Positions 42,962-52,660 are shown, numbered from the stretch's first letter. The stretch is DNA of 64,000 nt from an uncultured Bacteroidales bacterium (GCA_944325415.1 CALUZW010000003.1:10496-74495); one strand, 5' to 3'. The notes: a model not told the origin generated them from the letters alone. Numbers and translations are program-made.

Positions 42962-43058
42962 TGTAACCTATAACAATCTTTTTTACCTTAAAAAATTAAT
43001 ACCTATTGAAAACCTAATAAAGAAGGAGCTTTTGTGAAAAAGCCCCTTTTTGTTTTTT
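42962..43058 (+). ncRNA. Candidate small RNA (sRNA-3), about 95 nt
   Basis: -7-like box CACCTTTG (42950-42957), an unstructured AU-rich body and a terminator AAGGAGCTTTT-GTGA-AAAAGCCCCTT-TTTGTTTTTT; no ORF. Confidence 0.55.
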
Positions 43059-43246
43059 ATTAGACCCTGTAAATCAACAAGAAAGAGTAAATCTGTTTTT
43101 CCGGAGAGAAAAATCCGTGTGCGCACACAATCACAGAAGAGAAAGTCTATTTCACCATTCTATACAAAAAAGAAGACCTTTCCACGGGATTTTACAAAAA
43201 AAAACCGTATCTTAGCACATATTATACACCGGTATAAAGCAGGATT

Positions 43247-44698
43247 ATGTTCGGAACATTCAGTTATCCTTGGAGCGACTGGTTATACTTTGGTATCTAC
43301 ACGGGTTTCATTCTAACGATTATTTTCACCTCAATCGTTATAGTCCTCGAAAATCGCAACCCCGTGAAAAGCCTTGCGTGGATTGTCGTGCTGGTATTTC
43401 TACCCATCGGCGGATTTATTCTCTACCTCTTTTTCGGACAGCAATACCGCCACACGCGCATGATATCCAAGCGCAAAAGGCGCATCTTGCAGAAGATGTC
43501 GGGCAACACGGCGCACCTTGGTGTATCCAAACCCGGGAATAAACTCTCGCCCGAAAGCCAACAACAAATACAGTTAGGGCACCAACTGGGTGGCACACAA
43601 CTCTTCGTTCACAACCAGATAGAAATATTCACCGACGGTGAAAGCAAATTCAAGGCTCTCATCAAAGACATAAGTGGGGCCGAGACTTTCATACACCTCC
43701 AATATTATATCTTCGCCAACGACAAACTGGGAAAGAGCATCCAGCAACTCCTCATGGAGAAAGCCCGCCAGGGTGTGAAAATACGCATCCTCTACGACGA
43801 TGTAGGTTGCTGGAAAGTAAAATCCCGTTTCTTCAAGGAGATGCGCAAAGCCGGTATAGAAATAAAACCCTTCTTCAAGGTTACATTCCCGCAACTGGCC
43901 AACAAACTCAACTACCGCAACCACCGCAAAGTTTCCGTCATAGACGGAAAAATCGGGTACATCGGCGGCATGAACATTGCCGACCGATACTGCGACGGAC
44001 TCTCCTGGGGTATCTGGCGCGACACCCATGCACGCATCAAGGGGCCGGCCGTGTACGGACTACAATCGGCCTTCTCCATCGATTGGAGTTTCACCACACG
44101 GGAATTTCTCTCCGAAGCCTGCTACTACCCCCCTGTTGAGGAGTGCGGGGACACCGATATGCAGATACTCACCAGCGGCCCCCTGGGCGAATGGAAAGAA
44201 ATTGCCATCTCGTTTCTGAAAGCCATTGCCAACGCCCGCGAATGCATCTACATACAGACTCCCTACTTCCTGCCCACCGACAGCCTGCTCAAAGCCTTGC
44301 AGGCCGCCGCACTGGCCAAGGTCGACGTGCGCCTGATGATACCCAGCCACAGCGACTCACGGCTGCTGCAATATGCCTCGCAGTCGTACCTGAAAGAGAT
44401 TCTGCGTGCCGGCATAAAGGTATACTTCTACCAGGGGGGATTCCTCCACGCCAAAAGTCTGATTATCGACAATGAGTTTTCAAGTCTGGGCTCGACCAAT
44501 TTCGACTTCCGCAGTTTCGACCACAATTTCGAAATCAACGCCTTCCTGTACAGCCCCGAGACCAACGCTCAGATGAAAAAGATATTCATCAACGACATGC
44601 GCCAGTGCCGGCGCATCACCCTGAGTCGATGGAAACGGCGTCCGCTTGCCACAAAGGTGGCCGAGTCGTTTGCCCGCCTCATGAGTCCCATACTCTGA
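43247..44698 (+). CDS. cls: Cardiolipin synthase
   Basis: Two N-terminal TM segments and two HKD motifs (RNHRKVSVIDG, LHAKSLIID). Confidence 0.95.
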   Translation: MFGTFSYPWSDWLYFGIYTGFILTIIFTSIVIVLENRNPVKSLAWIVVLVFLPIGGFILYLFFGQQYRHTRMISKRKRRILQKMSGNTAHLGVSKPGNKLSPESQQQIQLGHQLGGTQLFVHNQIEIFTDGESKFKALIKDISGAETFIHLQYYIFANDKLGKSIQQLLMEKARQGVKIRILYDDVGCWKVKSRFFKEMRKAGIEIKPFFKVTFPQLANKLNYRNHRKVSVIDGKIGYIGGMNIADRYCDGLSWGIWRDTHARIKGPAVYGLQSAFSIDWSFTTREFLSEACYYPPVEECGDTDMQILTSGPLGEWKEIAISFLKAIANARECIYIQTPYFLPTDSLLKALQAAALAKVDVRLMIPSHSDSRLLQYASQSYLKEILRAGIKVYFYQGGFLHAKSLIIDNEFSSLGSTNFDFRSFDHNFEINAFLYSPETNAQMKKIFINDMRQCRRITLSRWKRRPLATKVAESFARLMSPIL

Positions 44699-44749
44699 AA
44701 GCCCAACAAACAAAAGAATATTGTCTCACGCCCGAAAAAAAGAAAAAAG

Positions 44750-45634
44750 ATGTTTGCCAAACTTGTCGCCATAGAACCCGTAAGCCTCATTCCCTCGGCC
44801 GAACAGGCCCTCCACCACTATGCACGCGAGGTCGTACTCTACCCCGACATACCCAGGGACAACGCAGAAATCGTCCGGCGCATAGGCGATGCCGACGCCG
44901 TTCTGTTGAGTTACACCTCGGCCATAGACCGCACCGTCATGGAACAATGTCCCGCCATCAAATACATCGGAATGTGCTGCTCGCTCTACTCACCCGAGAG
45001 CGCCAACGTCGACATACGCTACGCCCGGGAACGGGGCATCACGGTAACCGGCATACGCGACTACGGCGACGAAGGGGTCGTCGAATATGTCATCAGCGAA
45101 CTGGTACGCTGCCTGCATGGCTTCGGCCAACCTGCGTGGAACGGAGAGCCGCAGGAAATCACGGGGCTCAAAGTGGGCATCATCGGCCTGGGCAAATCGG
45201 GCGGCATGATAGCCGACGCCCTGAAATTCTTCGACGCCGACATCGCCTACTTCGCCCGCAGCGAAAAAGCCGACGCCCGCGCAAAAGGCTATACCTTCCG
45301 TCCCCTCGACGAGCTGCTGGCCGAGAGCGAAGTCGTGTGCTGCTGCCTGAACAAAAACACCGTACTGCTGCACGAGAATGAATTCAAGGCTCTCGGCAAC
45401 CACAAGATTCTCTTCAATACCGGACTCTCTCCGGCCTGGGACGAAACCCCTTTCCTGAAATGGATTGCCGGCGACAACCGCTGCTTCTGCGACACCGTGG
45501 GGGCACTGGGTGGCACACACCTGCTGGATCACCCGCACATTCACTGCATGCAGGTATCGACAGGACGCACCCGGCAAGCATTCGTCCGACTGAGCGAGAA
45601 AGTCCTGGCCAACCTGTCAGAATACAACCGGTGA
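44750..45634 (+). CDS. D-isomer-specific 2-hydroxyacid dehydrogenase-like NAD(P)-binding protein (divergent)
   Basis: NVDIRYARERGITVT, KVGIIGLGKSG and LDELLAESEVV. Confidence 0.75.
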   Translation: MFAKLVAIEPVSLIPSAEQALHHYAREVVLYPDIPRDNAEIVRRIGDADAVLLSYTSAIDRTVMEQCPAIKYIGMCCSLYSPESANVDIRYARERGITVTGIRDYGDEGVVEYVISELVRCLHGFGQPAWNGEPQEITGLKVGIIGLGKSGGMIADALKFFDADIAYFARSEKADARAKGYTFRPLDELLAESEVVCCCLNKNTVLLHENEFKALGNHKILFNTGLSPAWDETPFLKWIAGDNRCFCDTVGALGGTHLLDHPHIHCMQVSTGRTRQAFVRLSEKVLANLSEYNR

Positions 45635-46405
45635 TACCATATTGAGCAACGTACTCACCACCGACCAGCCGGCAATCTCGGCCGTTGCACTGTACACGTC
45701 GACCACGGCCCGCACCTGCTCGTTTACAATCTCTACCCGCTGGGTATCGCCCTTGAATCCGGGAGTAGAACGTATCGTTACCTGCATCGCCTCAGGGCCG
45801 ACCGAGGCCCGCGAAGCCGCCACGGTAACATTTACCTTCGTGGGGAAAAGCCGTATCGCCTCGGCGGCACTGCCCGCAAAGACCTCTCGCTGCTCATGCT
45901 GCAAGTCATCGGTATAAACAGGCGTTCCTTTCAAGGCATCGGGTCCCTTCTCATTAAAAAAGCGGGCCGTTGCTCCCCCCATAAGGGTTGCCGTGCGCAG
46001 CACATCAAAGCCTCCGGTAGCTCCCGAAGCCAGATAGATGCGGGAGCCACCCCGACGGGCCGCCTCAGCGACCTCGCAATAAAATTCTTCGTCGGCCAAC
46101 GCCCCGATAGAGAGCGTAACCACCGAGGTTCCACCCCGCAGGGCCGGGAGAGCAACCTCGCGAAGAGCTGCCGGAGAGGCCGTCTCCACCAAGACATCGG
46201 GCTTTAACGACAACAACTCCTCGACCGAACGGCACACGGCACAACTCCGGCCGGCATCGCGCATCTGCGCCGCAATGCCGGCGGCCTTCTCCTCGGTGCG
46301 AGAATAGACTCCCACCAAATCATACTCGGGCAGAAAGCCCTTGACAAGGGCATCCGACACAATATGTGCCAGCCGCCCACAACCTACAATGACAAACGTT
46401 TTCAT
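45617..46405 (-). CDS. L-aspartate dehydrogenase-like (DUF108) protein
   Basis: IVGCGRLA, VETAS, LSIGALAD, SGATGGFD and FAGSAAEAIRLFP. Confidence 0.8.
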   Translation of the reverse strand: MKTFVIVGCGRLAHIVSDALVKGFLPEYDLVGVYSRTEEKAAGIAAQMRDAGRSCAVCRSVEELLSLKPDVLVETASPAALREVALPALRGGTSVVTLSIGALADEEFYCEVAEAARRGGSRIYLASGATGGFDVLRTATLMGGATARFFNEKGPDALKGTPVYTDDLQHEQREVFAGSAAEAIRLFPTKVNVTVAASRASVGPEAMQVTIRSTPGFKGDTQRVEIVNEQVRAVVDVYSATAEIAGWSVVSTLLNMVSPVVF

Positions 46406-46503
46406 AAATATACGGCTTTATTTCCTGCTTATAAATCTCCACGCCTCAGGGGTCATCTCTTCACCGGTCGCCGACACAAGAGGTTGTACCCGCAGGAGCA
46501 GAC

Positions 46504-46851
46504 TCATCTCCGGTATTTCTTCTCAAACACCTCTGCATGACTGTTTCCCCACGCTATCATAGCGTCAATGATGGGTATCAACGTAGAGCCCAAAGACGAT
46601 ATGGCATATTCCGAACGGGGCGGCAACTCGGGATAAATGGTTTTCTCTACTAGGCCGTCTTCAACAAGCTCTTTCAGTTGAAGGTCAAGCACCCGGGGAG
46701 TTGCCTCGGGCAGAGCCTTGTGTAACTCACTGGGACGCATGGGGCCATGTCGGAGTTCATCTATAATACACGATTTCCACTTGGAATCAATCAGACTCAT
46801 GGTCAGCCTCAACGGGCAATCCAAATCGACTGGAATTTTTCGTTCGTACAT
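46504..46851 (-). CDS. HxlR-family winged-helix transcriptional regulator
   Basis: DCPL...KWK...RPSEL...QLKELVEDGLV...YPELPPRSEY; start at MYERK, downstream of TACCTTTG. Confidence 0.92.
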   Translation of the reverse strand: MYERKIPVDLDCPLRLTMSLIDSKWKSCIIDELRHGPMRPSELHKALPEATPRVLDLQLKELVEDGLVEKTIYPELPPRSEYAISSLGSTLIPIIDAMIAWGNSHAEVFEKKYRR

Positions 46852-46902
46852 ATATACCACCTCTTTGGAAACAAAGGTATAAATTCCTATCCACAAAGAG
46901 AG

Positions 46903-46926
46903 TATACCGAATATATTTTCGGTATA
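46903..46926. promoter_or_regulatory. Palindromic operator between divergent promoters
   Basis: TATACCGAA-N6-TTCGGTATA between -7 boxes at 46872-46879 (minus) and 46968-46975 (plus). Confidence 0.65.
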
Positions 46927-47008
46927 TGAATAATTTTACGGTACTTGTGAAAACCGGAACTACCCTCTACTTTTGGCCGAAAATAATCACCATTAATTAC
47001 ATAAACTT

Positions 47009-47392
47009 ATGAGAAGCAAACTGGCAGAATACAAAGCCGTAGAAGAAGCCGCACAAAAATTTGTAAAGAGTGTAGCCGAAGGCAACAGCCAATATGCCAA
47101 GACATTGTTTACCGATGAAGCCGTGCTGTTCGGCTTTCTCGACGGAAAACTGGAACATGGTTCCATAGAGCAATTCTACCACAACGTCGATACCGTAGGC
47201 GCTGGCGACCATTTCAAGGCCCGCATCGACATTCTCTCCATCGAAGAGACGGTGGCCGTGGTGCGTGTACTCGAAGAGAACTGGGGCGGAAGAATCGACT
47301 TTACCGACTATCTGCTGCTTCTGAAAATAGGCGAAGAGTGGAAGTGCGTAGCAAAAGCCTACAATCAAAATTCAGATACGATTCAAAAATAA
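47009..47392 (+). CDS. NTF2-like / lumazine-binding-2 family protein
   Basis: 127 aa; FTDEAVLFG...FTDYLLLLKIGEEWKCVAKAY. Confidence 0.8.
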   Translation: MRSKLAEYKAVEEAAQKFVKSVAEGNSQYAKTLFTDEAVLFGFLDGKLEHGSIEQFYHNVDTVGAGDHFKARIDILSIEETVAVVRVLEENWGGRIDFTDYLLLLKIGEEWKCVAKAYNQNSDTIQK

Positions 47393-47407
47393 AGGAGGAA
47401 AAGAGAG

Positions 47408-47947
47408 ATGAAAATTGTAGTCATCACCGGAAGTCCGAGAAAAAACGGCAACAGCTTCGCCATGACCGAGGCATTCATTCAGGAGGCCGAACATCGGGGA
47501 CACAGCATCAAGCGGTTCGACGCCGCATTCTTGAAGATAGGCGGTTGCCACGCCTGCATGACCTGTTACAAATCGGGAAAAGCCTGCTCGTTCGACGACG
47601 ATTTCAACCCCATCGCCGATGCCATACTCGAAGCCGATGCCATCGTCTATACCATGCCGGTATACTGGTATTCCATTCCGGCACAAATCAAAGGCGTAAT
47701 AGACCGCATCTTTTCATTGGTCGTAGGTGGGAAAAATATCGCCGGCAAGAAATGCGGACTTATTGCCTGCTGCGAGGAAGAAGACATGAGTGTCCTTGAT
47801 GGCGTGCGCATACCGGTTGAACGCTCCGCCTCCCTGCTGAAATGGGAAATGGCAGGCGAAGTTCTCATACCCGGTGTACTGAACATCGGCGATATCGAAC
47901 ACACCGACGGATGCAAACAGGCCGCCGCATTGGCCGACCAGTTTTAA
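47408..47947 (+). CDS. Flavodoxin-fold NAD(P)H-dependent FMN reductase / iron-sulfur flavoprotein
   Basis: GSPRKNGNS, CHACMTCYKSGKAC (CX2CX2CX6C), PVYWY and KGVIDR. Confidence 0.87.
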   Translation: MKIVVITGSPRKNGNSFAMTEAFIQEAEHRGHSIKRFDAAFLKIGGCHACMTCYKSGKACSFDDDFNPIADAILEADAIVYTMPVYWYSIPAQIKGVIDRIFSLVVGGKNIAGKKCGLIACCEEEDMSVLDGVRIPVERSASLLKWEMAGEVLIPGVLNIGDIEHTDGCKQAAALADQF

Positions 47948-47955
47948 TCAACGCA

Positions 47956-47990
47956 TCGAGGCGACCGAGGTATAATCTCGGTCGCCTCGA
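47956..47990. terminator. Stem-loop between convergent genes
   Basis: TCGAGGCGACCGAG / CTCGGTCGCCTCGA, 14-bp stem. Confidence 0.65.
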
Positions 47991-48017
47991 CACCATAAGA
48001 AAGATTATACAGGTCCG

Positions 48018-49445
48018 TCAGTCGGGAAGCTTATCGGCAAGATATTCAGGCGACACATTGATGAGCCAGAGCCGGCCTGTGGTGCGGGTAAAGGCCGTGT
48101 AAAGCCAGCGGTAGAAATCGATACCCAACGCATCGGGCCGGATATATCCCATATCGACAAAGACATTGCTCCACTGGCCACCCTGCGCCTTGTGGCAGGT
48201 AACGGCGTAGGCATACTTCACCTGCAAGGCATTGAACCAGGGGTCGTTTTTGAGCCGTTTGAGCCGTTCACGCTTGGAGGGCACATCGGCATAATCCTCC
48301 ATCACGGCATTGAACAGGCGAGCATTCTCCTCGGCTGTCAGCGAGGGCGACTCGGCATGTAACGTGTCGAGTATCACCTTGGCCTCGACCTCCTCTTCAT
48401 AGTCGGGGAAATAGAGCAGTACATCGGCAAAACGGAAACCGTACATCTCACACACGTTCCTGACCCTCACCACCCGGGCCACATCGCCGTTGGCGATAAA
48501 GTCGAGTTTTTCATACTTTTCGCTCCAATAGTAGTTGTTGCGGGCCACCAGCAGCAGGTCGCCCGAGGTAAGTTCCTCCTCGCGGTAAAGAATACGATTA
48601 CGCACCCCCTGGTTGAAAATGTTGGCCCGCTTGTTCGACCGCGTAATAATTATCGTTTCGTCCATTCCGTCACGATTGTAGGCCGACGACAGCACCTCTA
48701 TCAGTTCATCGCCCCCCACGCGACCCACATCGGGGAAACCATGCAACGCAATCGACGGCGCGGGCAGCGGTGTTTCCCACATATCCTGCCGCAGACGTGT
48801 CGCGTTGTAAAGCACTCCCGAAGCGCCGTCTTGCCGCACCACATGAGTCAACTCGCTCACCATCACCGGATAGCCGTAGCGTTGCAGATAGGCCTCGTCG
48901 AGAGCCGGACTGCACAACTGGCCGACGGGCGGCAACTGAGCCGTATCACCCAGCAAGATGAGCCGGCAACCGCTACCCGAATATACAAAATCGAACAGGT
49001 CGTCGAGCAACAGACCCGAGCCGTAATGACTGCCATCGGTCGGCTCGTTAGCAATCATAGATGCCTCATCTACAATAAAGAAGGTATTTTTATAGGCATT
49101 ATGCGCCAGTTGAAATCCTGAGAAATCGCCCGTAAAGGTGCGCTGCCGATAAATCTTCTTGTGTATCGTATAGGCCGGGTGCCCGGCATAGGCAGCAAAC
49201 ACCTTGGCAGCCCTACCCGTCGGGGCCAGCAACACACACGTACGCTCAAACGACTCCAACGTCCTGACCAGCGCACCGACCAGCGAAGTCTTTCCCGTTC
49301 CGGCGTAACCCTTCAACAGAAAAACCGAAGGCACACTGTCGTCCCAAAGAAAAGCCGAGAGCCGGGCCAGCAACCCGGCCTGCTCCTCGGTAGGCACATA
49401 GGGAAGATTCTCCGACAGGCATCGTATGAAATAATCGTTAAGCAT
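48018..49445 (-). CDS. RecD-like superfamily 1 ATP-dependent DNA helicase (AAA_30/UvrD_C)
   Basis: GYAGTGKT, APTGRAA, VDEASM, GDTAQLPPV, VVRQ, YAVTCHKAQG and YTAFTR. Confidence 0.9.
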   Translation of the reverse strand: MLNDYFIRCLSENLPYVPTEEQAGLLARLSAFLWDDSVPSVFLLKGYAGTGKTSLVGALVRTLESFERTCVLLAPTGRAAKVFAAYAGHPAYTIHKKIYRQRTFTGDFSGFQLAHNAYKNTFFIVDEASMIANEPTDGSHYGSGLLLDDLFDFVYSGSGCRLILLGDTAQLPPVGQLCSPALDEAYLQRYGYPVMVSELTHVVRQDGASGVLYNATRLRQDMWETPLPAPSIALHGFPDVGRVGGDELIEVLSSAYNRDGMDETIIITRSNKRANIFNQGVRNRILYREEELTSGDLLLVARNNYYWSEKYEKLDFIANGDVARVVRVRNVCEMYGFRFADVLLYFPDYEEEVEAKVILDTLHAESPSLTAEENARLFNAVMEDYADVPSKRERLKRLKNDPWFNALQVKYAYAVTCHKAQGGQWSNVFVDMGYIRPDALGIDFYRWLYTAFTRTTGRLWLINVSPEYLADKLPD

Positions 49446-49814
49446 GGTATAGACCTCCAATCAAGAGTAATTTGCTACAAAAATAAAAGAAAAAGAGTTC
49501 AATATTAAAAGATTTTTTCCTATTTTAGCGGAAAGGATAAAAGAGAAATCAGCACTCTCGAATATCAAATGATATTTCCTCAAAATCCAAAACATTATAG
49601 ATATCGTCACCACAAGCAACAAATTATCACAAAAAAAACGCATATAATTGCAAAAATAGAATTATTTCACCCCAAAAGCAGAAAAAAAAGATGTTTTTGG
49701 TCCCATCTCATAAAACTATTATCTATCTTTGCTGCCACAGATAAACCTTTATCAAAAAATTTTTTAAACTATACACAAGACAGTATCTATAACCACTTAA
49801 AAAACTCAACCACT

Positions 49815-51086
49815 ATGAAAATTCGCCTTATTGCCATGTTGGCTATCATGTTGCTCGTTTTCGACGCATCAGCCAAAGTGAAGAAGAGCAAGAAAACACA
49901 GAAAGAGACCACCGAACAACAAAGCACCCCTTCTGAGATTACCATCACAGGAAAAGTGCAATTTACGTATAAAGGATACTGGGACTATGACAAACCGGCA
50001 CCTGAGTTCAAAATGACAGTATATCAATATGAAGGCACCCAAAAGAAAGTATATGCCGAAGCTGATATCGACGAAAACAATGAATACACCTTGACCCTCC
50101 CCATTGAAACGCCGGGCGTCTACACAGTAGACTGTGGACATTGGCAATCGGTTCGTGTCTGGGGTGAAGACGAAGACCTCACCATCAACTTCCGCGGATA
50201 CGATACGGCACGGATTAAAATTAAGAATCCCCCTTACGTCTATATCCAGGGTGGCCCCAAAAACGAATTGATGAACCAGTACAACTTCTGCAACTACCGT
50301 AGCTATCAGGCCATGATTGCCATATCCAAAGCGATATACAATGCCAAGACCGATGAAGTAACACGCAAACAGTTGAGCGATGCCCTCTACGGATACAACA
50401 GCGACGATATGTCAGCCCGCATGCGTTACCTCGTAGAGCATAATGCAACGACAACCAGTGTACTGGCGCTCTTGCCCGGACTGAACCAGGAAAACGACAA
50501 GGAGCTTATAGACAAGACATTGCAACAACTCGAAGCTGCATATCCCGGCTATGCTCCTATCCAGGCCTACAAAGACAAGGTAGCCAAGGAGAAAGCACAA
50601 CGCGAACGTCTCAACAACGGCAATCCCGCTCCCGACTTCACCTATCCGCAAATCAACGGCAAGGAACTTTCGCTGTCCGACCTCAAAGGTAAAATCGTAC
50701 TGGTAGACTTCTGGGCTTCATGGTGCGGACCGTGCCGCAAAGAGATTGTCAACCTCAAAAAATACTATGAGGAGTTCAAAGACAAAGGGGTCGAGTTCCT
50801 GAGCGTATCAATCGATGCCGACAAGGATGCCTGGCTCAAAGCTGCCGAAGAAGAGAATATGCCTTGGCTGCAAATGCACGCCACCGATGGCGGAAAGAAA
50901 CTGATGAGCGACTATCAGTTTGGTGGAATACCCTTCATCGTACTCGTCGATGCCAACGGTAACCTCTATGCCAAAGGCTTGCGTGGAGAAGCTATCCGCG
51001 AAGCCATACAGAACGCGCTCAAAGGCGTCGCTCCCCAAAAACCGGCACCCCGCAAATCCATCTCCATGGGTGCCATGTCGATGTAA
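49815..51086 (+). CDS. Exported TlpA-like thiol-disulfide oxidoreductase with Met-rich C-terminal tail
   Basis: Signal peptide MKIRLIAM; APDF, VDFWASWCGPC and GIP; promoter TATCTTTG at 49724. Confidence 0.88.
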   Translation: MKIRLIAMLAIMLLVFDASAKVKKSKKTQKETTEQQSTPSEITITGKVQFTYKGYWDYDKPAPEFKMTVYQYEGTQKKVYAEADIDENNEYTLTLPIETPGVYTVDCGHWQSVRVWGEDEDLTINFRGYDTARIKIKNPPYVYIQGGPKNELMNQYNFCNYRSYQAMIAISKAIYNAKTDEVTRKQLSDALYGYNSDDMSARMRYLVEHNATTTSVLALLPGLNQENDKELIDKTLQQLEAAYPGYAPIQAYKDKVAKEKAQRERLNNGNPAPDFTYPQINGKELSLSDLKGKIVLVDFWASWCGPCRKEIVNLKKYYEEFKDKGVEFLSVSIDADKDAWLKAAEEENMPWLQMHATDGGKKLMSDYQFGGIPFIVLVDANGNLYAKGLRGEAIREAIQNALKGVAPQKPAPRKSISMGAMSM

Positions 51087-51134
51087 AACCCTACAAAATC
51101 ACAAACCAATAACCCTTTAATTTTAATCTTACTT

Positions 51135-52601
51135 ATGAAAAAACTGAATGCTCTGCTGCTTATGGCCTTGTGTGCCGTGTTCAGCTTCACATCGTGTAGC
51201 GATGACAGCAACGATACCGGATTCGGTATTACCGGTATAACGGTTGCCACCTCCGAGGGTGCATCCTATACCGGAACCATCAACCAATCGGCATTGACGA
51301 TTCAATGCATCGTTCCCATGACCACCCAGCCCTCTGAGTTGGAAGCCTGCTCGCTGACCGTAACGGCCACGATGAACACCTGCGTTACCGTAAACGGTGC
51401 CGCCGTTGACGGAGTAACGTTTGACTTGAACAATCCCATCGTTCTTACCGCCACTCACGAAGGCAGCAGCAAGAACTACACCCTCACGGTAGTCATCTCC
51501 GATACCGAAGAAGACCTGGCCGCTGGAAAACAAGTAAGTGCCGATATACGCGCCGGAGGTATCCCCAGCAATGTATACGACTACTCGGTAGCCCTCTACG
51601 ACGGTAAATTCTATGCCTTTACCTCGGGTTACACCGCAGCCGATACCACAGGTTTCTATCAAGTATTCACCTCGACCAACGGTGTTCGCTGGACCGAAGT
51701 CAATACCGAAGAAATCATCGGTGGTATGGGAGCCCGCCCCATCGTATTCGACAACAAGCTCTATGTGATGGGTGGTATTCGCGCACTGGGAACCGACCAA
51801 TCCGGTGAAGCTCCTGAGCTCGAATCGAACGGTTGGAGCACAAGCCTCACGCTGAAAAGCTTCCGTGTATTCACAACCGAGAACGGTAGCACATGGACCA
51901 ACGAAACCATCGAAGGCAACTCGGCACTGGCCGACGATATGTTCAAAATGTTGGTAGGATTGGGATCTTTCGGATTCGTTTGTCCCACACCTTTTACCTA
52001 CAACGACAACCTCTATATGGAAAGCGGCGTAATGATGGCATTCGGTATGTTCCAGGGTGCCAACTCGCAACTCTGGGCCAAAGCCGATACCACCTACGCC
52101 ATGGTATCGGGAGCATCGAGTTTCCTGAGAGCCCACTGCTCGACCTTCGTACTGAACGATGAGCTCTACCTCATGGGTGGTTCGAGAGGCTTTGTCGGCG
52201 CATCGAACCTGCAATCGGCCGTAGCCAAATCGACCGACGGTGAGAACTTCGCCACTGTTGCCGACTCAACGGCCGTAGGCCCCATCTGCGGTGCCACTGT
52301 CGTTACCAACAAAGAAGGCAACACGGCCTACCTCTTCGGTGGTCTCTACTACAATGAAGAGGGTGCCCGCGTAATGAACAACACCATCTACAAATCGACC
52401 GACGGTATCGAATGGACAGCCGTTGAAGGCATCAACAGCGCTTACACCGGAACATTCAATCCTTGCGTAGTTGTCGACGAAAACAACATTGCCTGGGTAT
52501 TCGGAGGTTTCAACACCTTCTCGGGTAACTATACTCCCTACTCACTCACTGTCGACGACATGGATCCCTCGTTTGCCGCATGGGCATTCGCTCTGAACTA
52601 A
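51135..52601 (+). CDS. Surface lipoprotein: Ig-like domain plus beta-propeller with Asp-box/kelch-like repeats (DUF6242-like)
   Basis: Lipobox SFTSC-SDD; repeats STNGVRW, TENGSTW, STDGENF and STDGIEW; LYVMGG, LYLMGG and AYLFGG. Confidence 0.65.
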   Translation: MKKLNALLLMALCAVFSFTSCSDDSNDTGFGITGITVATSEGASYTGTINQSALTIQCIVPMTTQPSELEACSLTVTATMNTCVTVNGAAVDGVTFDLNNPIVLTATHEGSSKNYTLTVVISDTEEDLAAGKQVSADIRAGGIPSNVYDYSVALYDGKFYAFTSGYTAADTTGFYQVFTSTNGVRWTEVNTEEIIGGMGARPIVFDNKLYVMGGIRALGTDQSGEAPELESNGWSTSLTLKSFRVFTTENGSTWTNETIEGNSALADDMFKMLVGLGSFGFVCPTPFTYNDNLYMESGVMMAFGMFQGANSQLWAKADTTYAMVSGASSFLRAHCSTFVLNDELYLMGGSRGFVGASNLQSAVAKSTDGENFATVADSTAVGPICGATVVTNKEGNTAYLFGGLYYNEEGARVMNNTIYKSTDGIEWTAVEGINSAYTGTFNPCVVVDENNIAWVFGGFNTFSGNYTPYSLTVDDMDPSFAAWAFALN

Positions 52602-52622
52602 TGACCTTGTCTTAAAACAACC

Positions 52623-52660
52623 AAGTACTCTGTGCATAATCCCTGCACAGAGTACTTTTT
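52623..52660 (+). terminator. Intra-locus stem-loop with U-tract before susC
   Basis: AAGTACTCTGTGCA-taatccc-TGCACAGAGTACTT-TTT. Confidence 0.65.

Noticed and set aside
42762-43130. Invertible promoter (phase-variable) interpretation of the palindromes
   Set aside because: The two good copies enclose only 17 bp, the third is degenerate and no recombinase gene is nearby. It is kept only as a check in the finding.
42937-43204. A9 tracts in promoter spacers (also A8 at 3261 and in the CDS at 4531) as slipped-strand phase-variation sites
   Set aside because: A-rich spacers are ordinary in Bacteroidetes promoters and the runs are short; there is no evidence of variation from a single sequence.
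49569-49814. Long N-terminal extensions given by the ORF track (also for nuoM, nuoI, the RsmI-like gene, M64 and mutY)
   Set aside because: They mostly overlap predicted promoters, hairpins or neighbouring genes; downstream ATGs give proper signal peptides or family-typical N-termini.
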